Assembly: GCF_048593235.1 (NCBI RefSeq)
Contig: NC_133619.1
Location: 176,528,454 to 176,592,453, forward strand
Direction: 5' to 3'
DNA: 64,000 nucleotides
From: Sminthopsis crassicaudata
Taxonomy: Eukaryota
Shown in pieces: positions 1 to 10,650 of this stretch (its first letter is position 1; each line of letters opens with the position of its first letter). Both the position numbers and the translations under genes were made by a program. Under the pieces are notes generated by a model. The model worked only from the letters and a program-made list of their open reading frames with translations. It was not told the origin of the DNA and made no database searches.

Positions 1-830
1 AACATGGGGGTTGCAGAAAAACTTGGTAAAAATAAACAAGTACATCCATCTCATTATGCAAATCTTCTTTCTTATCTATATGTACAAAAATATTTATAAT
101 AGCTCTTTTCATCTGTAGTCCAAAACTAGAAACCAATGAAATGCCCTTAAGGGAATCACTAAATTGTATTATGTGACTGTAAAGGAATATCACCGTGCCA
201 TAAGATATGACATGACAAAATGAGATAAGACAAGTGTGCAGTGGATAGAGTACTGGCCCTTAAGTTAGAAAGACCTGAGTTCAAATCCAGTTTCAGACAC
301 ATGCTAGCTGTTGTGACTTGTGGGCAAGTCACTTAATCCCAACTGCCTCCCCTTGCCAAATTATGAAATGGACAATGTCAAGGGAAACTGGGAAGAACTT
401 TAGGAATGAATGCAGAGCAAAGTGAACAGAATAAGGAATATGATTTACATAAGAATAATTATATTAAAGAGAAAAACAATTTTGAAAGACTTCACAATTC
501 TTTAAAACTTAGTGATCTGTCAGAAGCCTCCCCAAAATAAGATGGAAAGTGCCATTTCACTTCTTAACAGAAAGGGAATAAATTTAAATTGCAGAAAAAT
601 ATATACATTTTCAGCTAATGTCTGAACAAGATAAATGTCTGAAATAATGAGAATTTATTTTACTGAACTTATGTAGCTATATACGGAGATTTTTTTAATT
701 TGTTCAGTAGGAGGGTTAGAATAATCAGAAGCAGATTACTTGTTGCTTGAAAAATTAATCAAAATAAAAAAGAGGAAAAAATAGATCAAAAAAACAATAT
801 TTGTTGAGCATATAGATTCACATGTCCTTC
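1..830 (+). mobile_element. Old L1 ORF2 C-terminus/3' end, interrupted by a SINE
   Basis: TGTACAAAAATATTTATAATAGCTCTT and GAATGCAGAGCAAAGTGAACAGAA motifs typical of the marsupial L1 ORF2 end; A-rich tail. Confidence 0.6.
231..352 (+). mobile_element. WSINE1-like CORE-SINE
   Basis: GCAGTGGATAGAGTACTGGCC...GAGTTCAAATCC...GGGCAAGTCACTTAA (tRNA A/B boxes plus core). Confidence 0.75.
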
Positions 831-1024
831 GCAAAAAACATGTAAGGAACTGCTGATGTGATGGAAGCAATCTTATTTTATAGATGAGGGAACTTGGGAC
901 AGAGAGTGGGGAAATGCTTTGCCAATTATAAAGCTGAGATTCAAACACAGATCCTAGTTTAAAAAAAAAAACCAAAACAAAACCGCTTCCCCCCAACCCT
1001 CTTTCCAATCTGGCATTTATCTAC

Positions 1025-1490
1025 TCCTTGTTGGTCCTTTGTTTTAGAAGAGGACCAATGACATCATGAGCAATGTCAATTAGCTTTCTGGGAGACAGAA
1101 TCATCACGGTCACATTCTCTTCCTAAGTCACTGAATTCCAGTGGCAGGACAAAAGTCAGAAAAGGTGACAACGTCAGGGACGAAGCAAACGGCCTGGGCA
1201 TCTTCAATGTCTGACTAAGCTCCTCCTTTAGTCGCCTTTGTGATTTTTGGACAAAACTATTCTCATCTACCCAGAGAAAATCTTCATATCCTTAAGGAAA
1301 CATCCTTAACTCACTGATGGATTTGAGGCCTGCAGATGACCATCTCAGTTTAGCATGTCTGTCAAAAAGTTTATTATGTGGTTGCCATTGTTGGAGCTTC
1401 TTGGAGCCACAGGTGAAAGTTGGATGAATCAGGTGGCCACCAAAGTTGGATGAGTCACCTTGAAAGGGCTTAGCAAGTCCTCATACTAAA
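1025..1490. mobile_element. Marsupial interspersed repeat (MdoRep1/RTE-SINE-like, name tentative)
   Basis: GTCCTTTGTTTTAGAAGAGGACCAATGACATCA motif recurs at about 15830, 32965 and 40695. Confidence 0.55.
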
Positions 1491-3522
1491 TTATTAGTCC
1501 TCTTGAACACTCCAAGTTTACATATATAATAATATTAATCTATAGAGGATAGAGGCTGGATCTAAAGCGACTGACTGGGTAAGTCACATAATCACTCTCT
1601 GCTTTAGTTTCTTCATCTGTAAAATAGGGACAATAACAGCACTATCTCCTAAGAATTGTTGTAAGATTAAATAAAATATTTCTAAAGAGAGCACTAAAGT
1701 GCTATAAGTACGTTTCCCCAAACAAAACCCCCTGAAAATTCTTAGTGGATTCTTACAATGAATACTTTAGCATTTATAATACTTTTTCTTCTCCCCAAGA
1801 AATGAGATAGAAAAACTGATTAGAAAACATTTATTAAGGGACAGCACAGATTTTAATCCCCAAGTGACTCACAGACCAGTGGAATGTTAGACCTGGAAAG
1901 TACCTTGGAAATCATTCTGTCTACATTCCTTATTTTGCCAATGAGGACTGAGGCCAGAAGATCAACTGATTTGGTTTGTTAACTCAGCAAGTTAGCAGAA
2001 CCAAGAATAGAACCTAGATCTCCTGAAGAGTTCTTTCCATTTTAACAACAGCCTCATTTTATCCATCCACTGAACCAAGAAGACTTGAACCAAGTTCTAT
2101 TAAGAACCTAAAAGTTGGTCTACTCATATACTGGGTGGTATCTGCCTTCCCATTTTAAACCATAAGTAAATTGCATGTATTTTTATAAATAAAATAGTAG
2201 GGAAAACATCAGGAAAGATCTGGGTTTGAACACTTGCCTCTGACATTTAATTCCTAAAATAATGGGCAAATTATTTGGGGGCCCAGTTTCCTCATCTGTA
2301 AAATGGGGACAGTAACACCCATGGTAGCTATTTTACAGGATTTTTTTATTGGATTCCAATGAGATAAAACTTGTAAATCTTAAAGTGATAATTATGTACA
2401 CTATTATATTTTTAAGTAAAGATTCATGCAGATGTATGCAGTGGGGTAGGGATAATGAAAATAATTTTATATTTGAATGTAGAAGATACGAGTTGCAATT
2501 CCAGTCCTGACAATTCCTCTATCTATAGGTTCTTGGATAAATCATTTAACTAGGTCCTGAACTAGGAAATGTTTAATATGATAAATAAAAATTCAACACA
2601 ATATGATGATAATTTGTAATATTCTAAGTCAACATGCTCTGAAACTGAACAACAAAGTCAAACGTGGTTATGTTCCTATTTGAGTTTAATACATTTGAAC
2701 CAGGTGATCTTTCTGGTTCCTTTCAGTTAATGATCAGTCCCTTTCCCTTTTTCCTTCTTTATCTCCCTTCTTTTTCTTCTTTTGTTCTTATTCTTTCCCC
2801 TCTCCCCTCTTTTTTTCAACTCATCTTTACTTCTCTTTCTTTTCTCTTTTTTTCTTCCTGTTCCATCATGTGACAGACCAAATACATAAAATTATCAAGA
2901 AAGCAGTCAGGTAGCAGAGTCCTGAAAAATGTTACCTTGTTTTGAATGAAAGCACAAGTGAATTGTGATCTAATAAACTGAAGTGGGAGGTGACATTAAT
3001 TAAATTAAGGCAGTGCAATTCATCAGCAGCACCATCCAGAGTAAAAGCTCCTTAGACAACGAACAGTGAATGGATGAAGAATGCCTATTGTTCAAGCTAT
3101 GAACAGTTATAGAGGCAGACCATCAGTACATATGTGCATATGTATCTTGGATAAACACTGCCAATGGACAGTGATCTAGGCCCAGAAATTAATAGGGGAA
3201 GAAGAGACTGCATTATTTCTGCATCTAGGAAATCACACAATGTTTTAGTGCCTTCAAGCTTCCCTCTGAAATAAAAGCTCATCTTTTCACCCCCATACTC
3301 TTCTTGTGATGCTTTCTGACTTGAATTGTGGAATACCAAAAAATTTAAGCTGCAGGCTATCCAAAAGATGCCATGGTAGAGTAGAGATTGCAGCAAATTA
3401 CTAACAAGTAATTAATAACCCAGGAAAAATGGCAAAAGAGATCATTAAAAAGATTTAACAAAGGACAACCAATAAGCATTCTTAAGCTCCATTGATAACC
3501 AGGAATTGTCAAGCAATCCCCA

Positions 3523-3532
3523 GGAAAGTCCC
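3523..3532 (-). promoter_or_regulatory. Canonical NF-kB motif GGGACTTTCC in LIMS1 intron 1
   Basis: Plus strand reads GGAAAGTCCC, the exact reverse complement of the Ig-kappa/HIV kB site, in non-repeat sequence. Function is unproven. Confidence 0.35.
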
Positions 3533-5975
3533 CAGAAGGCTGGGCTGACCTTCTATAAAATAATCTGCAAAATCTAGGGCATAATGGCTAGAGATTGAAA
3601 TCTAGACTCTAAAGCCCTAAGTTCAAATTCCACATCAGGTAACAGTCACTTATTTTCTGTCTGACTTGGTTTCTTCATTAGAAAGATAGGGAGTAATAGT
3701 ATCAGCTAAATCCAAGGGCTGGTAAGAGAATCAAATAAGATAATATCCTTAAAGTGCTCTTTAAATTCTATTATTATCAACAATAATTAAACAGAATAGT
3801 CAAGTTTGCATGGGTGACATTCTGCACTGCTGAAGGGAGCAGTCTAATCAAAGAAATCACAAATGCAAGAAAGTGTCCAAGTATTTATCTCCTCCCACAG
3901 AGGGGAAAGGGCAGCTTTATTTTGTATTTTGCTATGTCTGATATATCACAAACAATAACTAATATTCGTTGGACCTGACTTACAATATCAGAACTGGAAG
4001 AGATCTTAGATGTTCATCTAGTCGACCAATTTCATTTAATAAGAGAAAAACAAACTAGGGAAGGATACAAATTACCCAATATTGCATACCCACCCTCGTT
4101 GGAATGACAGAAGGCAAGTGATACTCCCACCTACTTTTAACACAACATTGACATTTAAAGAAAAGTTACATTTTAGATTTAAAATTCATTACAAGTGATA
4201 CATTATGTACATGGGAAGGTGAGCTCTTTGAGGGTAAGGGACAACTTCTGTCTTTGTTTTCCTGGCATTTAGCACAGCGTCTGGCATAAAATAAGCATGA
4301 AGAAATGCTTTTTTGATGATTGCACACAGAAGGGTCATGTTTCACTTCTTAAAAACCAGGTTCTCAGACAAACGGTTCTCAGACACAAATGAACAATTTC
4401 CTTAAAAAAAAATCATGGGGAATTTATATTTATAATATATTTATATTTATAATAATACATTGTGCTTTCCTCACAACTTTGGTTGGCATTTCAAGTATTA
4501 ACCACCCCCCTTCTACAAATGAGGAAATAGATTGAGAGAGCCTGAGCGATTTGAGATAATATGTTTCAGATTTGTCTCCAGGTCACTGATTCCAGGTCCA
4601 TTGATTCTTTCCACTATAACTACCTTGCTACATACAGTAAGCCACAAGAACTCATCTACTTATTGCTTTCCCCATCCCTCTCCAAAAGTGAATTCTTAGG
4701 GAAATGCACAAATATATTCAGTTCGCATTTCCTTTGCAGTTTAGAAGTGCAACAAGTTTGGGGGGGAGGGGAAGAGAAAGAAGGACCGGGGGTGAAGGAG
4801 AATTTTAGGCAGAACTTTAAGCAATAAGTAGGTTCCCTGCACAGGGAACGGCCACTACCACAACATTCGTGGGGCATAAGGAACACTGACACTCAGAGCT
4901 CCGTCCCAGTCCGGAGAAAGCACCCCCAATGAGCACACATACAGTCCCTTGCCCTTAATTTGCCTCTCAGTTGCTTGGCCCTGGGGAACCGCGACTACAG
5001 CACAGGTTTTTCAATTAACTGAGCGCCGCCGCACTTTAATCTTTTTCTGTTATTTTCCGGGGCCAGCTGCTTCTCATTCAGGCCCCATCCTTCCTTCCAC
5101 CTTCCTGACCCACCCAGGGCTGGCTTAACCCCCGTCACCCCTTCCCACACCCACTCAGATCCAGCGCGAGGTCAAAGTCCGGACCGTAGGCGCAAGAAAA
5201 TGCAGACGCCCAGACTTCAGACTCCAAGCGGACCCAGACCTCCTCGGTGGGTCAGCCCACTCCGGGGGCTGGCGGAAGGGAGGGGCGAAAAGGCACGGTG
5301 GTAGAGACATCAAAAACCATCCGATGCTCGCTACCGCCGACTGCACAACTGCTGACTCGGGTAAAAAAATAAAGAACGAGAGGAGAAAAGTGGCTCTTCC
5401 ACTCCGAACCTGGCTTCTTGCTAAACTCGGATAAATGCCTCTCTTTTCCCTCAACTGGTAATGTGGGCACAAAAGATCCCTGCCCCCCTAAATCAATACA
5501 AATGCCCTCCTCTTCAGTGAGCAAGGTGGTCATCGCCTCCCTAAACCAGGACAAATAGTCCCCTGCCCCGCCCCGACGGCTAGGGGGCACAAAAGGTCAT
5601 CACCCCTTAGCCCATCAGGGGCTTTCCTCCCCCTCCTCCTTTCCCCCAAAGACGGTGCTTTTGGAACGCGAGCTCCAGGCGCGGAGGTGCGGCAGGGAGT
5701 TACGCAGAGCTGGCTGCGAACCTGGTCCACAGGAGCAAGCCTCCTCCGCAGCCCTCGGGCAGCCTCTTCGGCGGCTCCGCCCAGCACCTACAGACGCAGG
5801 CAGCCGAGGGCAGGGGCTGCCACTTCCCGCAGCTTCCCTTGGCCCGAGGGAGCAAGAGAAGAGAGAGCGAACTACAAGTGTGGGAGCCCCACGCCGGCTG
5901 GCTTCAGGCGCGGATCTCCGCACCGCTCCCCGCCTCTTCGGGCTCCACTCTCTCCTCCTCCGGTAGTTGCCACCG

Positions 5976-6002
5976 CAGCAGCAGCAGCAGCAGCAGCAGC
6001 AG
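5976..6002. repeat. (CAG)9 / (CTG)9 trinucleotide repeat in LIMS1 intron 1
   Basis: Nine perfect units counted directly. Confidence 0.95.
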
Positions 6003-6057
6003 GGGGATGAATGGGGGCGGGAGGGCAGGCGGGGAAAACAGGGAGTCATCTTGTTAC

Positions 6058-6089
6058 CTGTTGGTCATTCCCGCCGCGACACCCAACAT
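6058..6089 (-). CDS. LIMS1: LIMS1 (PINCH1) first coding exon, MLGVAAGMTN(S)
   Basis: ATG TTG GGT GTC GCG GCG GGA ATG ACC AAC AG|GTAACA. Matches the recalled N-terminus MLGVAAGMTHS-NMANALASA of a human LIMS1 isoform. Lies in a CpG island, downstream of GCC2 on the same strand as in human. Confidence 0.88.
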
Positions 6090-6250
6090 CTTCCCGGCAG
6101 CTAGGACGATCTCGGACACCACTCCAACGCCGCCGCCGCCGCCTCCGGTCCTTCCTCCGGCCGCCGCCGCAGCCCCTGGAAGTCTGGATCTCCTCGCACC
6201 CGGGGCACTAGCACACGCCCGCACCGAGCTCTAGGGCGCGAGGGCTCCGG
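6090..6250 (-). other. LIMS1: LIMS1 exon-1 5' UTR (upstream limit approximate), GC-rich with GGC runs
   Basis: Contiguous with the ATG at 6089; (GGC)n runs at about 6129-6170; the TSS cannot be placed from sequence. Confidence 0.55.
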
Positions 6251-7714
6251 GAGCCTGTGCACGGCTGGAAGTGGGGGGCCGGCTGGCCGGGCCGGGCTGC
6301 GAGGGGGCTGCTCCAAAAAGCAGGAAGGGAAGGCGGGGAAAGCGGCGGGGGATGGGGCGGGAGCGTGGAAGAGAGCTCGCCAGGCAGGCAGTCTCCTCCC
6401 CGGGACTTCGTAATGGCGCGGCGTTGCAGGCGCTTCCCCGGCCCCTCTCTAGCTCTCTCGCTCACTCCCGCGCTGCCCGGGTGCCTTTTCGCAGTTGGCC
6501 GCCAGGGTGGGAAAGTGAGCGCGGCTGCAAACGCCGGGGGACCTGGGGGAGGGGGACCGGGAAGGAGGCCTTGGTACCGCCCTCTTACCCAAATCGCTGC
6601 CCTTGCAGGCTGAACCAACTGAGCCATTCATTCTTTCTCCCTCCCCAGCTTCTGTAGTAAACTGCCCCCCTCCCCCGGTTTAGGGACCTCCCCCAGGTTC
6701 GATTCCCCGATACACTGAGTCCCGCGATCTTGGTTAGGTCGGGCACGGCGAGCGAGGGTTAGGAGAAACCCGACACACGTGCTCGCAGAACTTGGTCTGG
6801 GAGCGTGAGCTGCCCTCACCGACTGGGCTGCGGTAACGCGGTGGGCAAGGTGGCGCTTCCCGCCAGGCACGTTGTGCATGCCCCAGACGGACGAGAAAAC
6901 TTACTCCCTTCTCTTTTTAGTCAACTCCTGCAGGGGTTTGCGGCGCCCATTATTCCATTTGTTAGGGCACTGCTGGTACGTCAACAAACAAAGCCAGGGT
7001 ACTGCCAGCGTCACCTCAGGGTCAGTTTGCGGTTTTGTCCCTTGGCTTGGCGGTAATAAAAGCTAATCAGGTAAGGAACTAAGGACGGCGCACTAGGACT
7101 GAGAATTAAGAGATTTCCTCCCAACCTCGCCACTAACTAACTTTGTGAATCAGGAGAAATCATGTAACCTCTTTTGAAATGAAGTGATTTTGTGCTGAAA
7201 AGGCCTTAATGTGACCCCTCCCCCTCCCACAGTGAACCCAAGGTCACAAGTAGAAGAGTGTCTGCCTTATTTGTAAAATAAGAATGAAATCAGTTATCCT
7301 ATTAGAATGCTACTAAAAGGAAGAGAGCCAGGCAAAATTGTGAAACAGAAATTTAGGGAGCTCCCCGCTCAATTCGGACATAAAGGGGAAGGCTGATAGT
7401 CCACGCACTCACTTTTCTCTTCTCATCAAAATTTGTTGTCTGGAAAGATTCTAATATCAATAATTTACACAGTATAAATTTTCTCTTGGAAGCTATTGAA
7501 AAATTCTGCCTCCTAATTCCAGGCAGGATGTATTTGAGTAAGACAAGAATCCTTATTACAGAAAGAAGCATTGACCTTGAAGGCAGAAGGACTTGAGTTC
7601 AAATTCGCCTCACATAAGCAGTTATCTAAGCAAGTCATTTAACCCCTATTGCCTCCAAAAAGAAAAGATCTAGTTGACCTATCAGGTAAAACTGCCTTAG
7701 AAGACGTCACTGTC

Positions 7715-9530
7715 AGCAAGTGTTTTTATTAAATGCTTACTATGTTCCAGGTTCTCAGGGGTCAGTCACAGAAAGGCAAAAACAGTCCTGACTTCAAGGG
7801 GGCCTATCTGTTGGTAGGGAGGGGAGTGAGGGTAACAACCTGCAAGCAACTATATATGAGATATATACTGAGCAGTAAGGAGGAGGAATCAAGAAATGCC
7901 ATTTGCAGGTGGTATTTGAGTCTAGAAAGAAACTAGGAGGGGAGATGAAGATGGGGAACACTCAAGAAATAGAGGTCAGCTAATGAAAAGTCATAACATT
8001 GAGAAAAGCAGTGCCAGGCCTGTGTCTGTGGAAAGATAGCATTTATTATGAGGCAAAACAGGATCCTTGATTCAAGGAGTTCAGTTCTTTTTTTTTTTTT
8101 TTTTAAATTAATTTAATAGTTTTTATTTATCAGATATATGCATGGGTAATTTTACAACATTGACAATTGCCAAAACCTTTTGTTCTAATTTTTCCCTCCC
8201 CCAGATGGCAGATTGACCAATACATGTTCAAAATGTTAAAGTATAAATTAAATACAATATATGTATACATGTCCAAACAATTGTTTTGCTGTATGAAAAG
8301 AATCAGACTTGGAAATAGTATACAATTAGCCTGTGAAGAAAATCAAAAATGCAGGCAGACAAAAATAGAGGGATTGGGGAATTCTACGTAGTGGTTCATA
8401 GTCATCTCCCAGAGTTCTTTCGCTGAGTGTAGCTGGTTCAGTTCATTACAGCTCTATTGGAACTGATTTGGTTCATCTCATTGTTGAAAATGGCCACGTC
8501 CATCAGAATTGATCATATAGTATTGTTGTTGAAGTATACAAAGATCAAGGAGTTCAGTTCTAATGGAGAAGACAAGATGCAAGTAACTGTGGAAATAAAA
8601 GATATACACAATGTAAAAGAAATATAACAGGGAGGGCACCAATGCCTGCAGAATAAAGGATTCCTACCAATGAAGGGATTTCAAAGTGAGTCTTGAAGGA
8701 ACCTAAGAGGGTGAGATGAGAAGAGTAACCCCTTCAGGAAGGGGGGACAGCTAGTAAAAAGCAAGAGCCTGCAGGTGGAATACAGCAAGAAGGCCTGAAA
8801 CATAGAGAACAAGATTTGTGCATAATAGATTTGTAACTTCATTGGCAATGATTTTTTAAATTTTTATTATCTTATGGAAATGCTTGTTTTATTCCATTAA
8901 TTAAAAATAAAATTAATTAAAAAAAAAGATCTGAGAATATGTTAAGCCTGAAGCAGGATAGAGCAATAAGCTAAGCTAATATAGAGTGAATGTAAAATAG
9001 CTAGACTGGGCCCTTCTTCAAATGGAAATGCCTGGAACAAACTCACCAAACATTGGGGGAGACTGGAGGTAGAAAAAGGAGGTCTCTAGGGAACAGATTT
9101 TAGGAAGCATTTGGCAGAGCAGTTGGATTGTAAAGTTATGGAGGGGAGTGAATTATAAAAAGATTAGAAAGGGTAAAAGTGAAGGTTTGTGAAGGGCTTA
9201 AAAGGCCAAATGGATTTTTTTTTTTTGTTAAAGGTAGAAGGAAGGCATTGACGAGTTTTAAGTAGGAACGGTGACATGGTCAGACTATGATATAGGTCAC
9301 ATTGGCAGATGAGTGGCAGATGGGCTAAAGTGAGAAGAGAGACATCAAAAGAAAATTATTACAATAATTCAGGCATTAGGAATTGAGGGCCTGGGCCAGG
9401 ATGATCAAAGAAAAGATAAAAGAGATAAGAAGGTAGAAACAAGATTTGGCAACAGATTGAATATAATGAAGTGAGTACAAGTGAGGAATAGATATTATAC
9501 ACAGAAAAGCATTTTAAGAAGTTAAAGCAC
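7715..9530 (-). mobile_element. Degraded L2, interrupted by a younger L1
   Basis: TTTATTAAATGCTTACTATGTTCCAGG terminus and purine-rich L2 body; split at 8089-8544. Confidence 0.65.
8089..8544 (-). mobile_element. 5'-truncated L1 3' end with intact target-site duplication
   Basis: Poly-T at 8089; 17-bp TSD TCAAGGAGTTCAGTTCT at 8072-8088 and 8545-8561. Confidence 0.9.
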
Positions 9531-9561
9531 TATACAAATACATGTAAGTTGGTATAATTAT

Positions 9562-9930
9562 CGTGGGCCCCTAGGTGGCAGTACAGAGAGTGTGGGAACC
9601 CCCTCTGGTCGATGCAGGTCCAGTGTGAAAAGAATTCATGAACCCTAAAAGTTTGAATGGCAGAAAGGAGTTAATTCTGTTGGCACTGAGAAGCCAGCTC
9701 GCTAGGAAGACTGACTTCCTCAGTGGAAAGGTCCTGGCAGAAAAATAGCAAGAGGTTATTATCTCTGGGAAGAAGGTGTCTTCACCAGGAGCCCTGGTAG
9801 GCTGCTGTGCCAAGGGGAGAGGTCCCTTGGTATGGCATACTACTTCGGGCTTCTGCAAGAAAATGAGTGTAAAATTGCCTTTTTTACACCAAATCTGAGA
9901 CTGGGATTTCAATTGAATGAGATTCCTTCA
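9562..9930 (-). mobile_element. Solo LTR-like element A
   Basis: Minus strand starts TGAAGG. It carries an R/U5-like block (AATTAA, then TTTTAGGGTTCATGAATTCTTTTCAC) shared with element B. The left boundary is uncertain (9562 or 9591). Confidence 0.6.
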
Positions 9931-9934
9931 ATGT

Positions 9935-10438
9935 TGTTACTGCCCCCAGGCCTAGATTTCCAGTTAAGTTCGAGCTACTAGGAGTGGTCCCCAACTAGTT
10001 TTTAGCTCAACAGAGCGTGCAGCTGCTCACCACCAAGATTGTCTTGATTCCTTGAGGAGGGCTACTCCCAGAGGAGAGTTTCTTAGAGTTCTCCCCATGA
10101 CTTCACCCCCTATAGTCAGGGAGGACAGTTTCAGATTCCCCCGTCATTTTTCTCCTTTCAAGCAGTCATTCATTTGGGGTAAAGGGGCAAAGATCCAAAG
10201 ATTTCTTCTTCTGTAATTGTTTCGAGCTGGCAAGGGTCATAGAGATGTTCCTAAGTTCACTAGGGGTTCTTTCATGCCAGGAGGGGAAGGCAGCAGCAGC
10301 TGCATCCTGGTCAGTACTAACAGAATAAACTCCCTTTTGCCATTCAAACTTTTCAGGTTCGTGAATTCTTTTCACCTTGGACCTGTATGGACCAGAGGGG
10401 GTTCCCACAATTCTCTGCACTGCCCCTAACCGCATCAG
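9935..10438 (+). mobile_element. Solo LTR-like element B
   Basis: TGTTAC start, AATAAA at 10324-10329, U5-like tail ending in CA (10409 or 10438). Confidence 0.68.
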
Positions 10439-10439
10439 A

Positions 10440-10650
10440 TGGAGTATCAGGCTTTGAGTCAGGAAGTCTCATCTTTCTGAATTTCAGAGACTTACTATGT
10501 GACTCTGAACAAGTCACTTAACCTTGTTTCCTCATTTTCCTCATATGTAAAATGAGCTGGAAAAAAAAATGGCAAACCACTCCGGTATCTTTGCAAAAAC
10601 AAAACACAACATAAATGGGGTCATAACAAGTTGGACATGATTAGACAACA
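10440..10650 (+). mobile_element. MAR1-like SINE
   Basis: Core plus AAATGGCAAACCACTCC.GTATCTTTGC tail. Further copies on the minus strand at about 12400-12630 and 23310-23470. Confidence 0.7.

Larger units (their letters stand above)
5150..7100. promoter_or_regulatory. CpG island / LIMS1 promoter
   Basis: Sharp rise in GC and CpG content against an AT-rich, CpG-depleted background; GC-box-like GGGCGG motifs; surrounds the LIMS1 first exon. Confidence 0.93.

Noticed and set aside
3097-3396. 99-aa minus-strand ORF as an alternative LIMS1 first exon
   Set aside because: Does not resemble the recalled alternative LIMS1 N-termini (MAFSGRARP..., MTALQLKEL...) and ends in a stop rather than a donor.
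4832-4849. Near-perfect palindrome GTTCCCTG-CA-CAGGGAAC
   Set aside because: An 8-bp stem is expected by chance in 64 kb, and the spacer is too long for an RFX X-box.
5976-6002. CAG repeat as a polyglutamine-coding tract
   Set aside because: In the available ORFs it reads as poly-Ala, poly-Ser or poly-Cys, and it lies in LIMS1 intron 1.
5155-7066. Many overlapping 60-144 aa ORFs on both strands in the CpG island
   Set aside because: GC-rich sequence lacks stop codons. The peptides are low-complexity Arg/Pro/Gly/Ala, and only the 32-nt LIMS1 exon has a recognisable product and splice donor.
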